Part shown: piece after piece, positions 21,915 through 35,421 of the stretch | Numbering within the stretch: position 1 is the stretch's first letter | How the letters are laid out: the number at the start of each line of letters is the position of its first letter | Assembly (NCBI GenBank): GCA_051313645.2 | Contig: JBNRSN020000017.1 | Location: 16,554,001-16,618,000, forward strand | DNA: 64,000 nucleotides | Direction: 5' to 3' | Source of the DNA: Centroscyllium fabricii | Lineage: Eukaryota | The notes under the pieces: generated by a model | What the model was told of the DNA's origin: nothing | Database searches by the model: none | The model's input: only the letters and a program-made list of their open reading frames with translations | Translations under genes and position numbers: made by a program

Positions 21915-24862
21915 TCACGTCCACTTACCTTCCCGCTCGCCATAACCCCTAATTCCCTTTACTTCCAGGAAACTGTCTATCTCTGTTTTAAATTTATTCA
22001 ATATAGTAGCTTCTACAGCTCTCTGGGGCAGCAAATTCCACAGCCCCACCACCCTCTGAGTGAAGAGGTTTCTCCTCATCTCAGTTTTGAAATGGCAGCC
22101 CCTTATTTTAAGATTATGCCCCCTAGTCCTAGTTTCACCCACCATTGGGAACATCCTCTCCGCATCCACCCGATCAAGCCCTCTCACAATCTGAAATGTT
22201 TCAATAAGATCGCCTCTCATTCTTCTGAACTCCAATGAGTAGAGGCCCAATCCACTCAGCCTCTCGTCATATGTCAGCCCCTCATTCCCGGAATTAACCT
22301 AGTGAACCTTCTCTGCACTGCCTCGAGAGCAAGTATGTCCTTTCTTAAATAGGGATACCAGAACTGCACGCAGTATTCCAGGTGTGGTCTCACCAATACC
22401 CTGTACAACTGCAGCAAGACCTCCCTGCTTTTATACTCAATCCCCTTAGCAATAAAAGCCAACATTCTGTTGGCCTTCCTGACCACCTGCTGCACCTGCA
22501 TATTAACTTTTTGTGTTTCCTGCACCAGGACCCCCAGATCCCTTTTCACTGAAGTACTTTCCAGTTCCTTTCCATTTAGATAATACCTCGCTCTATTATT
22601 TTTCCTGCCAAAGTGCATAACTTCACACTTTCCAGTATTATACTCCATCTGCCAAATCTCTGCCCACTCACTTAGCCTATCTATGTCCTTTTGCAGGTTT
22701 TTAATGTCCTCCTCATTCATCACCCTCCCTCCCATCTTTGTGTCATCCGCAAACTTTGATATGTTGCACTTGGTCCCTTCTTCCAAATCATTAATATAGA
22801 TTGTAAAGAGTTGGGGTCCCAGCACCGACCCTTGCGGAACACCACTAGTGACTGACTGCCAGTCTGAGAATGAACCATTTATCCCAACTCTCTGTTTTCT
22901 GTTAGAAAGCCAATCCTCCACCCATGCCAGAATATTACCCCCAACCCCGTGATTTTTTATCTTGAGTAATAATCTTCTGTGGGGCACCTTGTCAAATGCC
23001 TTTTGGAAGTCCAAATACACCACATCCACTGGTTCCCCTTTATCCACCCTATATGTTATGTCCTCAAAGAACTCTAGCAAATTTGTCAAACATGACTTCT
23101 CCTTTGTAAAATCATGCTGACTTTGTCCTATTAAATGATGTTTATCCAAATGCCCTGTTACTGTTTCCTTAATAATGGATTCTAACATTTTGCCAACCAC
23201 AGATGTTAGACTAACTGGTCTATAATTTCCAGCCTTCTGTCTATTACCCTTTTTAAATAAAGGCGTTACGTTAGCAGTTTTCCAATCTGCCGGAACCTTT
23301 GTCGAGTCCAGAGAGTTTTGAAAAATTATTACCAACGCATCCACAATCCCTACCGCCACTTCCCTCAAGACCCTAGGATGTAAGCCATCAGGTCCAGGGG
23401 ATTTATCCTCCTTAAGTCCCATACTTTTCCCGAGTACCACCTCCTTAGTGACTTTAATCGTAATTAGCTCCTCCCCCGCTAGAGCCACCTGTTTATCCAT
23501 TGTTGGGATATTTTGAGTGTCCTCCACTGTAAAGACTGATACAAAATATTTGTTCAGCGCTTTTGCCATCTCCATGTCCCCTACCATTAATTTCCCGGTC
23601 TCATCCTCTAAATGACCAACATTTACTTTAGCCATCCTTTTTCTTTTTATGTAACTATAGAAACTCTTGCTATCTGTTTTTATATTTTTTGCTAATTTAC
23701 TTTCATAATCTATCTTCCCTTTCCTAATCAATCTTTTTGTTATTTTTTGCTGACTTTTAAAAGCTTCCCTATCTTCTCTCTTCCCACTAGATTTAGCTAC
23801 CTTATATAACCTTGTTTTTAGTCGGATACTCTCCTTTATTACTTTACTTAGCCACGGATAGCTGTTTTTTCTTTTACACCCCTTTTTCCTCAGTGGAATA
23901 TATTTTTCTTGAAAGTTATAAAATAACTCCTTGAATACACACCACTGATCATGTACCATCTTACCCTTTAATCTGTTTTCCCTGTCCACTTTAATCAATT
24001 CCACTCTCATACCATCATAGTCTCCTTTATTTAAGCTCAGTACCCTTGTTTGAGATCCAACCCTCTCACCCTCTAATTGAATTTGGAATTCGAGCATGTT
24101 ATGGTCACTCTTTCCAAGGGGATCCTCTACTAGGATATTTTTTATTAATCCTGTCTCATTACACAGGACCAGATCTAAGATTGCTTGCCCCCTGGTCGGT
24201 TCAGTTACGTACTGTTCAAGGAACCCATCCCTAATACACTCAATGAACTCTTCCTCAAGGCTGCCCTGTCCAACTTGATTAGTCCAGTCAATATGAAAGT
24301 TAAAATCGCCCATAATTATAGCTGTTCCCTTATTACAAGCCCCAACTATTTCCTGATTTATACTCCGACCAACTGAGTTACAACTGTTTGGAGGCCTATA
24401 GACTATGCCCACCAGTGTTTTTTTCCCTTTATTATTTCTTATTTCCACCCAAACTGTTTCACTATCCTGATCCTTTGAGCCAATATCATTTCGCTGTATT
24501 GCCGTGATTCCTTGCCTTATTAACATAGCCACCCCACCTCCCTTTCCTTCCTGCCTGTCCCTCCTAATTGTTAAATACCCTTGTATGTTTAATTCCCAGT
24601 CCTGGTCACCCTGTAGCCATGTTTCCGTAATTGCCACAAGATCATACCCATATGTATTTATTTGTGCCGTCAACTCGTCCATTTTGTTATGAATACTACG
24701 TGCATTCAAATAAAGGACTTTCAAATATGTTTGACACTTCATTCCTGCTTTTTCCCTTTTTTCAACTTTACCTTTATCTCCATACATTCTTTCCCTTCCT
24801 GACACACACTGTCTTTTAATTGCCCCATTGTTACCTATGTCCATTACCTTCTCCAGTGTCAT
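21915..24862 (-). pseudogene. CR1 ORF2 (APE endonuclease and reverse transcriptase) with one frameshift near 22274
   Basis: EN motifs YLNARS, ITETW, GGGVA, VYRPP, MGDFN, LDLVL and SDHN; RT motifs [22 protein letters not shown] and FADD. The C-terminus continues in ORF 21915-22250. Confidence 0.95.
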
Positions 24863-24900
24863 TTTATTTATTTGCTCTCTAGAAACCTCCCCCCCACTAA

Positions 24901-25856
24901 TTAGTTTAAAGCCCTCTCTGCAGCCCTAGTTATATGATTCGCCAGGACACTGGTCCCAGCCCGGTTTAGGTGAAGCCCGTCCCACCGGAACAGTTCTCTC
25001 CTGTCCCAGTACTGGTGCCAGTGTCCCAAGAAGCAAAACCCATTTCTCCCACACCAGTCTTTGAGCCACGCATTTAACTCCCTAATTTTATTTACCCTAG
25101 CCAAATTCGCTCGTGGCTCAGGTAATAACCCAGAGATTATTACCCTCGAGGTTCTGTTTTTTAGTTTGACCCCTAGCTGCTCATAGTCCTGTAACAGAAC
25201 CTTCTTCCTTGTCTTATCTATGTCGTTGGTACCAACATGTACCAGGACAACTGGATCCTCCCCCTCCCACTGCAAGTTTCTCTCCAGCCCAGAAGAGATT
25301 CATTAACCCTGGCACCGGGCAGGCAACACAGCCTTTGGGACTCCCGCTCTCGGTTGCAGAGAACCCTATCTATCCCCCTGATGATACTGTCCCCTACCAC
25401 TACAACATTTCTATTAACTCCCCCCTCTTGAATGGCCCCCCGTTCCACGGTGCTGTGGCCAGGTTGCTCATCCTCCCCACAGTCCCCGCTCCCGCCCTCA
25501 CAGGGAGTAAGAGCCTCAAACCTGTTGGACAAGAGCAAGACATGCGGCTCTTCCAACACTACCTCCTGGATTCCCGTACCTGCCTCACTCATAGTCACAC
25601 CATCCTGTCCCTGACCACGATCTACATTTAAGTTAATTAATCTATTTGGTGTGGCTATCTCCTGCAACACAAAGTCCAGGTAATTCTCCCCCTCCCTGAT
25701 GTGTCGCAGTGTCTGAAGCTCGGACTGCAGCTCATCAACACGAAGCCGGAGTTCCTCGAGCAAAAAACCCTTGCTGCAAATGTAGTCACCGCGAGCATCA
25801 ATGGTGTCCATGAACTCCCACATCTCGCAGCAGTAACACATCACCTGCTCACCCAT
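24901..25856 (-). pseudogene. CR1 ORF1 (zinc finger/leucine zipper plus SGNH esterase), frameshifted
   Basis: CYCCEMW…YICSK, a heptad LEELRLRVDELQSELQTL, VVGDSIIRGID, CCLPGARV, VHVGTND and DGLHLN, spread over two overlapping frames. Confidence 0.9.
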
Positions 25857-26183
25857 TCTATATATTTAATTATAGTTATTATTAGTTACGCAAAAAGAAA
25901 AAACCTTTGCCCCGATATAGCTAAATATCACGCTATTTAAGAGCACTTTCCACCTATGAGGTATAAAGTGTAAAAGGGAAGCAAGAGTACTTACCAACCA
26001 GCTGATTACCAACCTCCTTCAGATTGCCCCGCCGCTCCTCTTCTGTGGCGCTAGCCGAACCTAAGAGTTGGGACAGAAGCAAAACAGAGAAGCACCCCCC
26101 TCACCTCCCACTTGCCCGAACTCTCCCACTTACCAAACTCTCGTTAGCACTCTATGCCCTCCGCACTCTGTGCACGCCACACT

Positions 26184-26545
26184 AAGTCCCGCCCCTTTTT
26201 AAAGCCTGATTCAACCTCCTGTTTTTCAAAATAGGTTTAAATGAATAAATTTAATTTATTTTTAACTTACACTCTCTTATATTAAATAAATTAAATAAAA
26301 TATACTTCTGTAACCTTCTTACCAATTCACCACTTTTGAACTCACTCTCAGCTCAAAGCACTTTTCACATAAGTCCTGCCCCTTTTAAAGCCTGATTCAA
26401 CTTCCTGTTTTTCAAAATAGATTTAAATGAATAAATTGAATTTATTTTTAACTTACACTCTCTTAAATAAATAAATTAAATTAAATATACTTCTGTAACC
26501 TTCTTACCAATTCACCACTTTTGAACTCACTCTCAGCTCAAAGCA
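26184..26545. repeat. Tandem ~185-bp duplication at the CR1 5' end
   Basis: aagtcc..gcccctttt..aaagcctgattcaac…ctcactctcagctcaaagcac occurs twice. Confidence 0.85.
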
Positions 26546-27090
26546 CGTCCCAAAGCACTTTACAGCCAATGAAGTACCGTTTTTGAAGTGTAGTCACTGT
26601 TTTAATGTAGGAAACGCGGCAGCCAATTTGCGCACAGCAAGCTCCCACAATTATTAAAATAAAAACAGCAAGTGCTGGAAATATGCAGCAGGTCAGGCAG
26701 CATCTGTGGAGAGAGAAACAGAGTTAACGTTTCAGGTCGATGACCTTTCGTCAGAACTCACAAATATTGACCCAGGACACCGGGGAGAACTCCCCTGCTC
26801 TTCTTCGAATAGCGCCGTGGGATCTTTTCCTTCCACCTAAGCAGGCAGACGGGGCCTCGGTTTAATGTCTCATCTGAAAGACGGCACCTCCAACTGTGCG
26901 GCACTCCCTCAGTTCACGTGATAATGACCAGATAGTTTTTTTTAGTGTAGTTGGTTGGGGGATAAATATTGGCCACTGGGGAGAACTCCCCTGTCCTCCT
27001 CCTGATAGTGTCACGGGATCTTTCCATCCACCGCAGAGAGGAGACGGGCCCTCGGTTTAACAAGTTCTATAAATGCAAGTTCTTTCTTTT
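26546..27090 (-). mobile_element. Rearranged Deu-SINE fragments with an inserted Penelope fragment (~26655-26760)
   Basis: Deu core ccaggacaccggggagaactcccctgctcttcttcgaatag…gggatctttt, present twice. Confidence 0.75.
26721..26759 (-). ncRNA. Minimal type I hammerhead ribozyme, second family
   Basis: Minus strand gagtt-CTGACGA-a-aggtc-atc-gacct-GAAA-cgtt-aactc: perfect 5-bp stem I, 5-bp stem II and a palindromic AACGTT stem III. Confidence 0.85.
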
Positions 27091-27236
27091 CCTTTCACTT
27101 AGCGGCTGTCAACGGCGACACGATTGAAATGAGTTGCTGATTGGTTGGGATCCTTAGGCGCAGACCCACACCCATCCCTCCCTGGCAGCCAGCAGAATTT
27201 ACTGAGCAATGACACTGCATGGAATAAAATGACTTT

Positions 27237-28432
27237 AGAAACATATAAACATAGAAGATAGGAGCAGGAGTCGGCCCTTCGAGCCTGCTCCGCCATTCAA
27301 CGAGATCATGGCTGATCATCCAAACCCAGTACCCTGTCCCTGCCTTCTCCCCATATCCCTCGATCCCTATCGAGCCTGCACCGACACATAGCGGCACGGT
27401 GGCACAGGGCGGCACGGTGGCACAGTGGTTAGCATTGTTGCCTCACAGCACTGGAGACCCGGGTTCAAATCTAGCCTCGGGTACTATCTGTGTGGAGTTT
27501 GCACATTCTCCCCGTGTCTGCGTGGGTTTCCTCCGGGTGCTCCGGTTTCCTCCCACAGTCCAAAGATGTGCGGGTTAGGTTGATTGGCCAGGATAAATTG
27601 ACCCTTAGTGTTAGGGGGATTGAATATGTGGGGTTACGGGGATAGGGTGGGATATATGTTGATGCAGGCTCGATGGGGATCGAGGGATATGGGGAGAGGG
27701 CAGGGGCGGGATACTGGGTTTGGATGATCAGCCATGATCTCATTGAATGGCGGAGCAGGCTTGAAGGGCCGAATGGCCTCTTCCTGCTCCTAGTTTCTAT
27801 GTTTCTATGTTTCTATATCCCACCCTATCCCTGTAACCCCACATATTCAATCCCCCTAACACTAAGGGTCAGCCATGATCTCATTGAATGGTGGAGCAGG
27901 CTTGAAGGGCCGAATGGCCTCCTCCTGCTCCTAGTTTCTATGTTTCTATATCCCACCCTATCCTTGTAACCCAACATATTCAATCCCCCTAACACTAAGG
28001 GTGGCACGGTGGCACAGTGGTTAGCACTGTTGCCTCACAGCTCTGGAGACCCAGGTTTAAATCCAGCCTCGGGTACTATCTGTGTGGAGTTTGCACATTC
28101 TCCCTGTGTCTGCGTGGGTTTCCTCCGGGTGCTCCGGTTTCCTCCCACAGTCCAAAGATGTGCGTGTTAGGTTGATTGGCCATGATAAATTGACCCTTAG
28201 TGTTAGGGGGGTTGAATATGTGGGGTTACGGGGATAGGGTGGGATATGTGTCGGTGCAGGCTCGATAGGGATATGGGGGGAGGGCAGGGGCGGGGTTTGG
28301 ATGATCAGCCATGATCTCATTGAATGGCGGAGCAGGCTCGAAGGGCCGAATGGCCTACTCCTGGTCCTATCTTCTATGTTGCTATGTCTATGTAATTTAT
28401 CCTGGCCAATCAACCTAATCCGCACATCTTTC
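27237..28432. mobile_element. Cluster of HE1-like V-SINE copies and inverted fragments
   Basis: Minus-strand tail 27237-27390; full plus-strand copies at ~27408-27815 and ~28000-28392; alternating inverted-core and tail fragments at 27815-28000. Confidence 0.88.
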
Positions 28433-29282
28433 ACTGACAACTTTATTGGTCGTTGACTAAAGTAATGAAAATAAACATATCAAAGAATCACAGAGAAGAG
28501 AGATGAATATGCTATCTTCAAAAAGGCTGGCAGCCAGCAGGCAATCTTCTTTGGCTGTGAGCCATCAGACTATGTTCAGCAACAGTGAGGGAGCCATTGC
28601 TTGCTCTGCACCTATTTGTAGTGTTTCACTGATCATCACTTCACTTTAATGTAAAAGTGAAAGGCCTAAATTGATTTATGGCCCGAGATTATGAGCCAGT
28701 CCGACCTCAGCTACCGACCTCTCGCTCCCTGAAGCACAACCTCAGGTCTGTCCTGCGACCAATCGAAAAGGATTAACGTGTCAACAATTTGGCTAACGGT
28801 GCAGAGAATGCCAGTATTTCCAGCTCACAGCTCCGCAGTTAACTGGCCATTAAACTGAAGAAGGGCCTTTGGGTATGTCAGGCACTTAGGGAGCCAGACT
28901 ATTAACTAGCATCTGGAATGCTCATAGATTTTAACGCATTCTGCTGCTTATTAATGGCATGGATAGTACTTGAGTGGGTGGATGCGGCGACTCAGCCGAA
29001 GGCTCCATCCTTTTACGATTCCCTTGTAAGCAATGTCTAAGTGATTAGACCCTATTCATTCTACAGATTACGTAGAGATTTCAATCTCTCTTGTAACTAC
29101 CACTGACAGGCGGCAGTATTTGACCCGATGCTGACAACTTCTTTCAAATGGATGACATTTCGGTTGCGAGGGATTCTGATGCTGGGGACTAGGACACTTT
29201 TCACTTCAGGTGCTCCCGAGGTCAGGTATAGCACAGCTCACAGCAGAGTAAAGCTTTCTCCTCCCTGCCCAAAACAAACAAT

Positions 29283-30206
29283 GGGGGGAAAAATTGGGTG
29301 GCGCTAACGTCGCCGGGGCGCGAATTTTAGCGAATTTGAGTGGTAGCGCCCCAAGCAGGAGGTGGGAGCATCGGCACGTAGCGCCGCGTCATGGGTGGCA
29401 CGGTGGCATAGTGGTTAGCACTGTTGCCTCACAGCTCTGGAGACCCGGGTTCAAATCCAGCCTCGGGTACTATCTGTGTGGAGTTTGCACATTCTCCCCG
29501 TGTCTGCGTGGGTTTCCTCCGGGTGCTCCGGTTTCCTCCCACAGTCCAAAGATGTGCGGGTTAGGTTGATTGGCCAGGATAAATTGACCCTTCGTGTTAG
29601 GGGGATTGGATATGTGGGGTTGCGGGGATAGGGTGGGATATGTGTCGGTGCAGGCTCGATAGGGATATGGGGAGAGGGCAGGGGCAGGGTACTGGGTTTG
29701 GATGATCAGCCATGATCTCATTGAATGGCGGAGCAGGCTCGAAGGGCCGAATGGCCCACTCCTGCTCCTATCTTCTATGTTTCTATGTTTCTATGTCATT
29801 GCAGGCCTCCCTCCCCCGATCAAAGGGGAGGGGCCTAGCGCTGCGCGCACCAGGACCCTGCTAGACCACCGGGGAGCGGGTTGCCGTGGAAACAGCCCGG
29901 CTCTCAAGAGGAGGCATCCTGAGAGAAAAAGGGGAAGGAGGCAGGAGCTGGCAGTCGACCAAAAAAAGAATGGCTGCCCGACACCTGCCCTTTTTAGTAG
30001 CACCGCCACCGCTGCCAAAACGCCCCCGTGACCCCTGTCGGACATATCGTTCGGCAATAGGTCAGGGTCACAAGCGATGTTTGCGGGGTGCTGAATTTCG
30101 TGGGAGGCGTTAGCGGCGCCGCAGCCGGGCACTAGGCGATTTGCGCCCCATTAGCAACCCCCTGGGGGCGCTAACGAGAGGCGCAAATCAACCCAATCAT
30201 TCCCCC
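29283..30206. mobile_element. Non-autonomous PIF/Harbinger-type MITE with a nested V-SINE (~29394-29795, +)
   Basis: Imperfect TIRs ggggggaaaaattgggt and acccaatcattccccc. 3-bp TSD AAT at 29280-29282 and 30207-30209. Many subterminal gcgcc/ggcgc motifs. Confidence 0.75.
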
Positions 30207-30462
30207 AATGTACCCTACCCCCACCCAACCTCACGAGCAGCAACCCAGCAATATTTTCACTTCCCAGACCAGCATCCAGCGTGGGCTCGCTGAGGGGAGA
30301 TTGCCAACTTGGCAGCAGTTAGCACTAAAATTCGGGCAAGATTTTTGGGAACAGGGCTTTCTTTTGTCCTCCGCTCACAATTGTAAAAAAAAAATAAACG
30401 TCATCAGAAATAATCTCAAGATCAAATTTTAAAATGTAGGCGACTTGCAAGAGTGGAAGAGG

Positions 30463-30719
30463 GACAGTCCAAAGATGTGCGGGTTAGGTTGACTGGCCAG
30501 GATAAATTGACCCTTAGTGTTAGGGGGATTGAATGTGTGGGGTTACGGGGATAGGGTGGGATGTGTGTCGGTGCAGGCTCGATGGTGATCAAGGGATATG
30601 GGGAGAGGGCAGGGGCGGGGTACTGGGTTTGGATGATCAGCCATGATCTCATGGAATGGCGGAGCAGGCTCGAAGGGCCGAATGGCCTACTCCTGCTCCT
30701 ATCTTCTATGTTTCTATGT
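30463..30719 (+). mobile_element. 5'-truncated V-SINE
   Basis: Starts at acagtccaaagatgtgcggg and ends with the (ttctatgt)n tail. Confidence 0.85.
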
Positions 30720-31117
30720 AACCTTACACTAGGAGGCCCTGACATTGTGGAAGTGGCCTGCCCTCCGCACTGGCAGCTGGAGGGCTCCAGTTTCTTCCAG
30801 TGCGTCCCAGTGCTTTTCTAATGTGACTAAGTGATGGATTTTATGTCTTTTGGACTGCTATTATGAGCTGGGTATCTACAGTTTGTTGCTATTCTTCTGA
30901 GTCTTTTGTTGGTGTTCTGTGAGAGCTTTTCCCATTAAAACCACGCACTTGCTTTGGGTCCTTAAAGGTTTACGCTGCTAGTGAGCCAGCAGCCCATCTG
31001 TAGTCAAGCTAATAGAAAGTTCTCCCTCGTGAAAGGCGGTGAGATACTGTGTCTACAAGCATCTTGACTGGGGAGGGAAGGGGGGAGACACAAGAAGGTC
31101 ATTTCTCATCCTTATTC

Positions 31118-31515
31118 CCACTCCAGAGACTTGAGCACAAAAATCCAGGCTGACACTCCAGTGCAGTGCTGAGGGAGTGCTGCACTGTCAGAGGTGCGTC
31201 TTTCGGATGAGATGTTAAACCGAGTCCCCGTCTGCTCTCTCAGATGGACATAAAAGATCCCATGGCATTATTTCAAAGAAGAGCAGGGGAATTATCCTGG
31301 GTGCCCTGGGCCAATATTTATCCCTCAACCAATATCACTGAAACAGATTATCTGGTCATTAACACATTGCTGTTTGTGGGGCTGTGCGCAGATTGGCTGC
31401 CGCGTTTCCTACATCACAACAGTGACTACACTTCAAAAGTACTTCATTGGCTGTAAAGCACCTTGGGACTCCCTGTGGTCATGAAAGGCGCTATAGAAAT
31501 GCAAGGCTTTCTATC
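31118..31515 (+). mobile_element. Deu-domain SINE (SacSINE1/AmnSINE1-like)
   Basis: Core aaaagatcccatggca…gaagagcagggga…ccaatatttatccctcaacc and an L2-like tail (…gaaaggcgctatagaaatgcaag). Confidence 0.85.
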
Positions 31516-31981
31516 TCTCTGCATCTTCTTTGTATTAAAATCAAGACACATCGTACCATCTCCGACTTAATCTTTCCCAGGACCTGAAATCTCTACAATT
31601 CCCTTCTTCCTAAAAATCTACAAGCTTATAAAACCCAAGCTTAGTGTCACCCACCCACCACCGATAAATCCCCAGGGCCTGATAATCTACATCCTAGGGT
31701 ACTTAAGGAAGTGGCCCTAGAAATAGTGGCCGGAATTTTGCCCTAATGGCGGGGAACTGGCGGGGATTGGTCGGGGCGGGTTTTTGTCCCACCTGATTAA
31801 GTGCCTGCGTTTCCCACGAGATTTTAGTCTAAGTACCCAATTAATTCCCCGCCTGTGGGAAGCCTTCTCAATCACCGATTTCCAGTCAGAAAGTCGCACA
31901 ATATGACGTCAGGATTCGGGTTTCCTTTAATAAACACAGCTCGCCTCCCGCACTGCTCAGCGTTCTACAACCTTCAGCAGG

Positions 31982-33956
31982 ATGGCAGAGCATGAGGGTG
32001 CTGCATCGGGCAGCGCGAGGGGACGGCCCGCCCCCAAATTTGATGACGCCTCCCTCGACGCATTACTCGAGGGGGCAACGACCCATAGGGAGGTTCTCTA
32101 CCCCTCCTCAGGGAGGAAGAGACCTCCCTCACAGACCAAGGCTGCATGGCAGCAGGTGGTTGAGGGGGTCAGCTCCTTGGGCACAACACCCCGGTCCTGG
32201 CTCCAGTGTCGCAAGAGATTGCATGACCTTCATCGCACTGCGAGAGTAAGTATTCATTTCCCCTCACCCTCAATCTCATCCCCCTCACCTCTCCTCACCA
32301 CAACCTATCTTCACCACTCCCTTCCTCCACATCCCACTTGCCCATCACATCCACACAACCTTACCCATTCCCTCTCTATCTATGCTCACACTCACGGTCC
32401 TTTCCCTCCATTCAGCTCTCACACTCCCTCTCACTCTCATGCTTGCTGCACATCTGGCACCACACAGGGAGAGCCTTTGGTCTTGCAGGCTCACTGCATC
32501 TTTGTCACCCTCCAACAAACTTTGCTGGTCACTCACTGCAACAACTCCTTCCTTCTCACTCAACCTCCACTTCTCTCCCTCATTGCAGGAAAAGACAGCC
32601 ACCAACAAGCGGCACAGCACCGGGACCGGAGGAGGACCCCCCACCATCCAGCAGCTCACCACCTGGGAGGATGCAGTTCTAGACCTCGTTGGGGAGGGGC
32701 AAGCCCCGGGAGTGGGTGACGGCGAGGCAGGCATGCAATCTCGAGCTGGTGACAGCATGGTTTAATTATTTCTCAAACAAGTAACACATGAGACTGGCAC
32801 AATGAATGTAAAAGCACTGCAGAGGCAGCTCTGCTCAGCTCCTGAATGCTATCTGTATGTAACCTTGCTGATATGTCTCTAACCTCTGCCTGTACTGCCC
32901 CACAGGCCCATCTGCAGCTGGATGACCAAGCAGAGCTGAGCACGAGGCCGCCCTTGTTCAGTCCTCAGAGGAACCTACCACCTCTGAGGGTGCACCATCA
33001 GCACCACAGACTCCACCCGGTACCAGCGCAGAAACTAGCACCTCGGTGGGCCCCCCTAGAGCTACATCTGACTTGTCACTGGGTGATTCAGACAACACAA
33101 GTGAGCCTCAGCAGATTGTGGAGACAGGGACAGCAGTGCAGAGTCCTAGTCGGAGGGCGCAGGACTCTGCCAGCTTAGCTGAGCTGCATGTCGACCCCGC
33201 GCCTTTGGATCCATCAGGCAGAGGACACATGATGGGACTCCAGACACAGATGCAGGCGTCTGACAGGTTGAGGAGTCTGTCGCAAGCATGAGAAGCGACT
33301 TTGCGGAGTCAGTGGCGCATGATCGCATCACCATGGAAAGGATGGCAACCACCATGGAAAGGATAGCGACCACCATGGAAAGGATAGCGACCGTGGACGA
33401 GAGGATGGCCACGGCCATCGAGCACATAAGTCGCCAGTCTTTTGAAGACATGGGCACTGTCCACAATAGATACACATCTCTTGAGCAGCGACTGGCATCT
33501 ATTGAGCAGAGGACCCAGACCTTCGTGGAAGTCCCTCTCAGTAGGACTTCCACTGCAGAAACGGGTCCCCATGGCCCTCCTGAAGTGCAGCAAGGTGCTG
33601 TCCAGCCACTTGCTGGCACTGAGGGGGAGATGACCCATGAGAGGGAGGTTGGTGGTGCAGCTGAAAGAAGTGGGGGCTCCTCTCCAAGCGCTCCCACGTC
33701 CACACCACTGCAGAGCCCTCGGTCAGAGGCCCGCCAGAGTCCCCATGCACCTGAGATGGAAGTCTCATACCCTGCCCAGCCGCAGGAGCAGCAGACTGGT
33801 AGCGAGCCCCCACAGGCTCGCCGCCCCAGAGGACGACCGCCAAAGGTGTCCACACAGGAGCAGCAGGGCACTCAGCAGGGGGCCTCCACATCTGCTGACA
33901 CCACAGGGCCACCACCACGTAGGAGCACTCGCAAAAGAAAACTTAAGCACCCTTAG
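31982..33956 (+). pseudogene. Harbinger Myb/SANT-like (trihelix) DNA-binding protein gene, 3 predicted exons (31982-32245, 32589-32748, 32906-33956), damaged
   Basis: Exon 1 PKFDDASLDALL…W..V…RSWLQCRKRLHDL ends at GA|GTAAGT. An acceptor (ttgcag|) leads to EKTATNKRHSTGTGGGPP. Predicted exon 3 has an in-frame TGA near 32923 and a frameshift near 33270, and ends in a basic NLS-like PRRSTRKRKLKHP. Confidence 0.8.
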
Positions 33957-35421
33957 GCACAACGGGAGTCACTTGGGTGTTAGTATAACAGACATTTAGG
34001 TGTCCAAAGCAGTGGTCAGACAGCAGACCACTGCAGGTGCCACCTGATGCAGTGGTCATGTCTGACATCTTGCGAATGGCCCTTCCACATTGAAACCATA
34101 TGCAGGCTGGACAGCAATCGGGCAGGCCTCACAGATATGCAAGGATGCAGACGCAACATGGCAGAAGCACTTACAGCAAGACGCATGAGGTTCAATAACA
34201 GACTGCAGCTCAATGGTTAAGAGTGAAGGTCCTTGAAATCAGCTTACCTTCATGGTGACGCACACCAGCGAACAGAGGGACTGTATGAATGATGTGTGGT
34301 CCAAACGATGACCAGGTTAACTGAACAAACCACCTGATGTTTTCGCAACACCAGCAAACACGCCTCAGGGCTGAACTTTAACAGGAACAAAACTTTAAAA
34401 GGATGGAGGTGGGCAAAGAAAAGATGGGCCAACTGGTTAAAGTACCCACGCATCCAACATCATCTGGCTGCAACTGGCCCCTCACAGCACCTGACCCTGA
34501 TGGAATGGCCAAGGAGCCATGGTGCCAGCATGCCTCAGCTCTCACACATCAAACAAGATCAGGTGGGTGAAGACCCACCAGACATTGACCCTCACCGCCC
34601 TCCACAGCTCCTGCCTCATGTCCGGGTGCGCTGCCCTGAAGCACCTCCACGACATTTGGAAACACATCAGCCCCACCCGCATAAAGAAACCCGACAGCGC
34701 CTGCATAATTTTTCTATACATGGCTGATGTTGTTCTCCGTTTTTCAAATGAAGGCCTTGACAACCTCCGGGGGGATGGCCGTTGCGATTGGCTGATCAGG
34801 AACCGAGATTTCACTGTGACCCCCCACAGCAGAGTCAATGGTTTGTCAGAATGTGTCACTCTTGAAAAGGGAGGGGCAGCACGTGAGAGGGGGGGAACAT
34901 GATTGACCATGGATATGAACTTGCAAGCTCAAAACTGGACTAGCTGAGGTGCAGCATTGCTGATAATGACATTTTGACCGTTTCAACCTGCATGTCTGCA
35001 GCTGAGATGCCTGGGACATCATTAATGCAGTGATTCATAAGTGCTGGTCATCAGTTGAACAACCATGCATGTGGCCATGTTTGCTTAATGTCATTACTAA
35101 ACAGCATGTTGCAGTTGCAACCTTTAATGTTTCTGTGTTCATTATTGCATGTGATGGATGGATGGATGTTTGGATGGGACCATGTTCATCAATGAAATGT
35201 GTGGTGCATCAGGGGCGTGGGTACATGCGCGAGCGCAGAAAGCAGTCACAGGCACTTGGCAGCCCCAGAAGCACACTCCCCAACCCCTCCTCTCCCCCCC
35301 CCACACAGATGTCATTACAGTAGTGGGACTCATGCAAGTATGAGCTGTGGAACTGCTTGGAGTGTGTCAGTGAGGATGCGCTGTTAGGATGAGGAGAGTA
35401 GCACAAGCTGGCTTGAGTAGG

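Larger units (their letters stand above)
21640..26545 (-). mobile_element. Near full-length CR1 LINE inserted into a Deu-SINE tail
   Basis: Contains 5' UTR, ORF1, ORF2 and the 3' tail (…ctcctatttctgatgttcttatgt). The flanks rejoin the SINE tail (acaacctccag|acgtcccaaagc). Confidence 0.95.
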
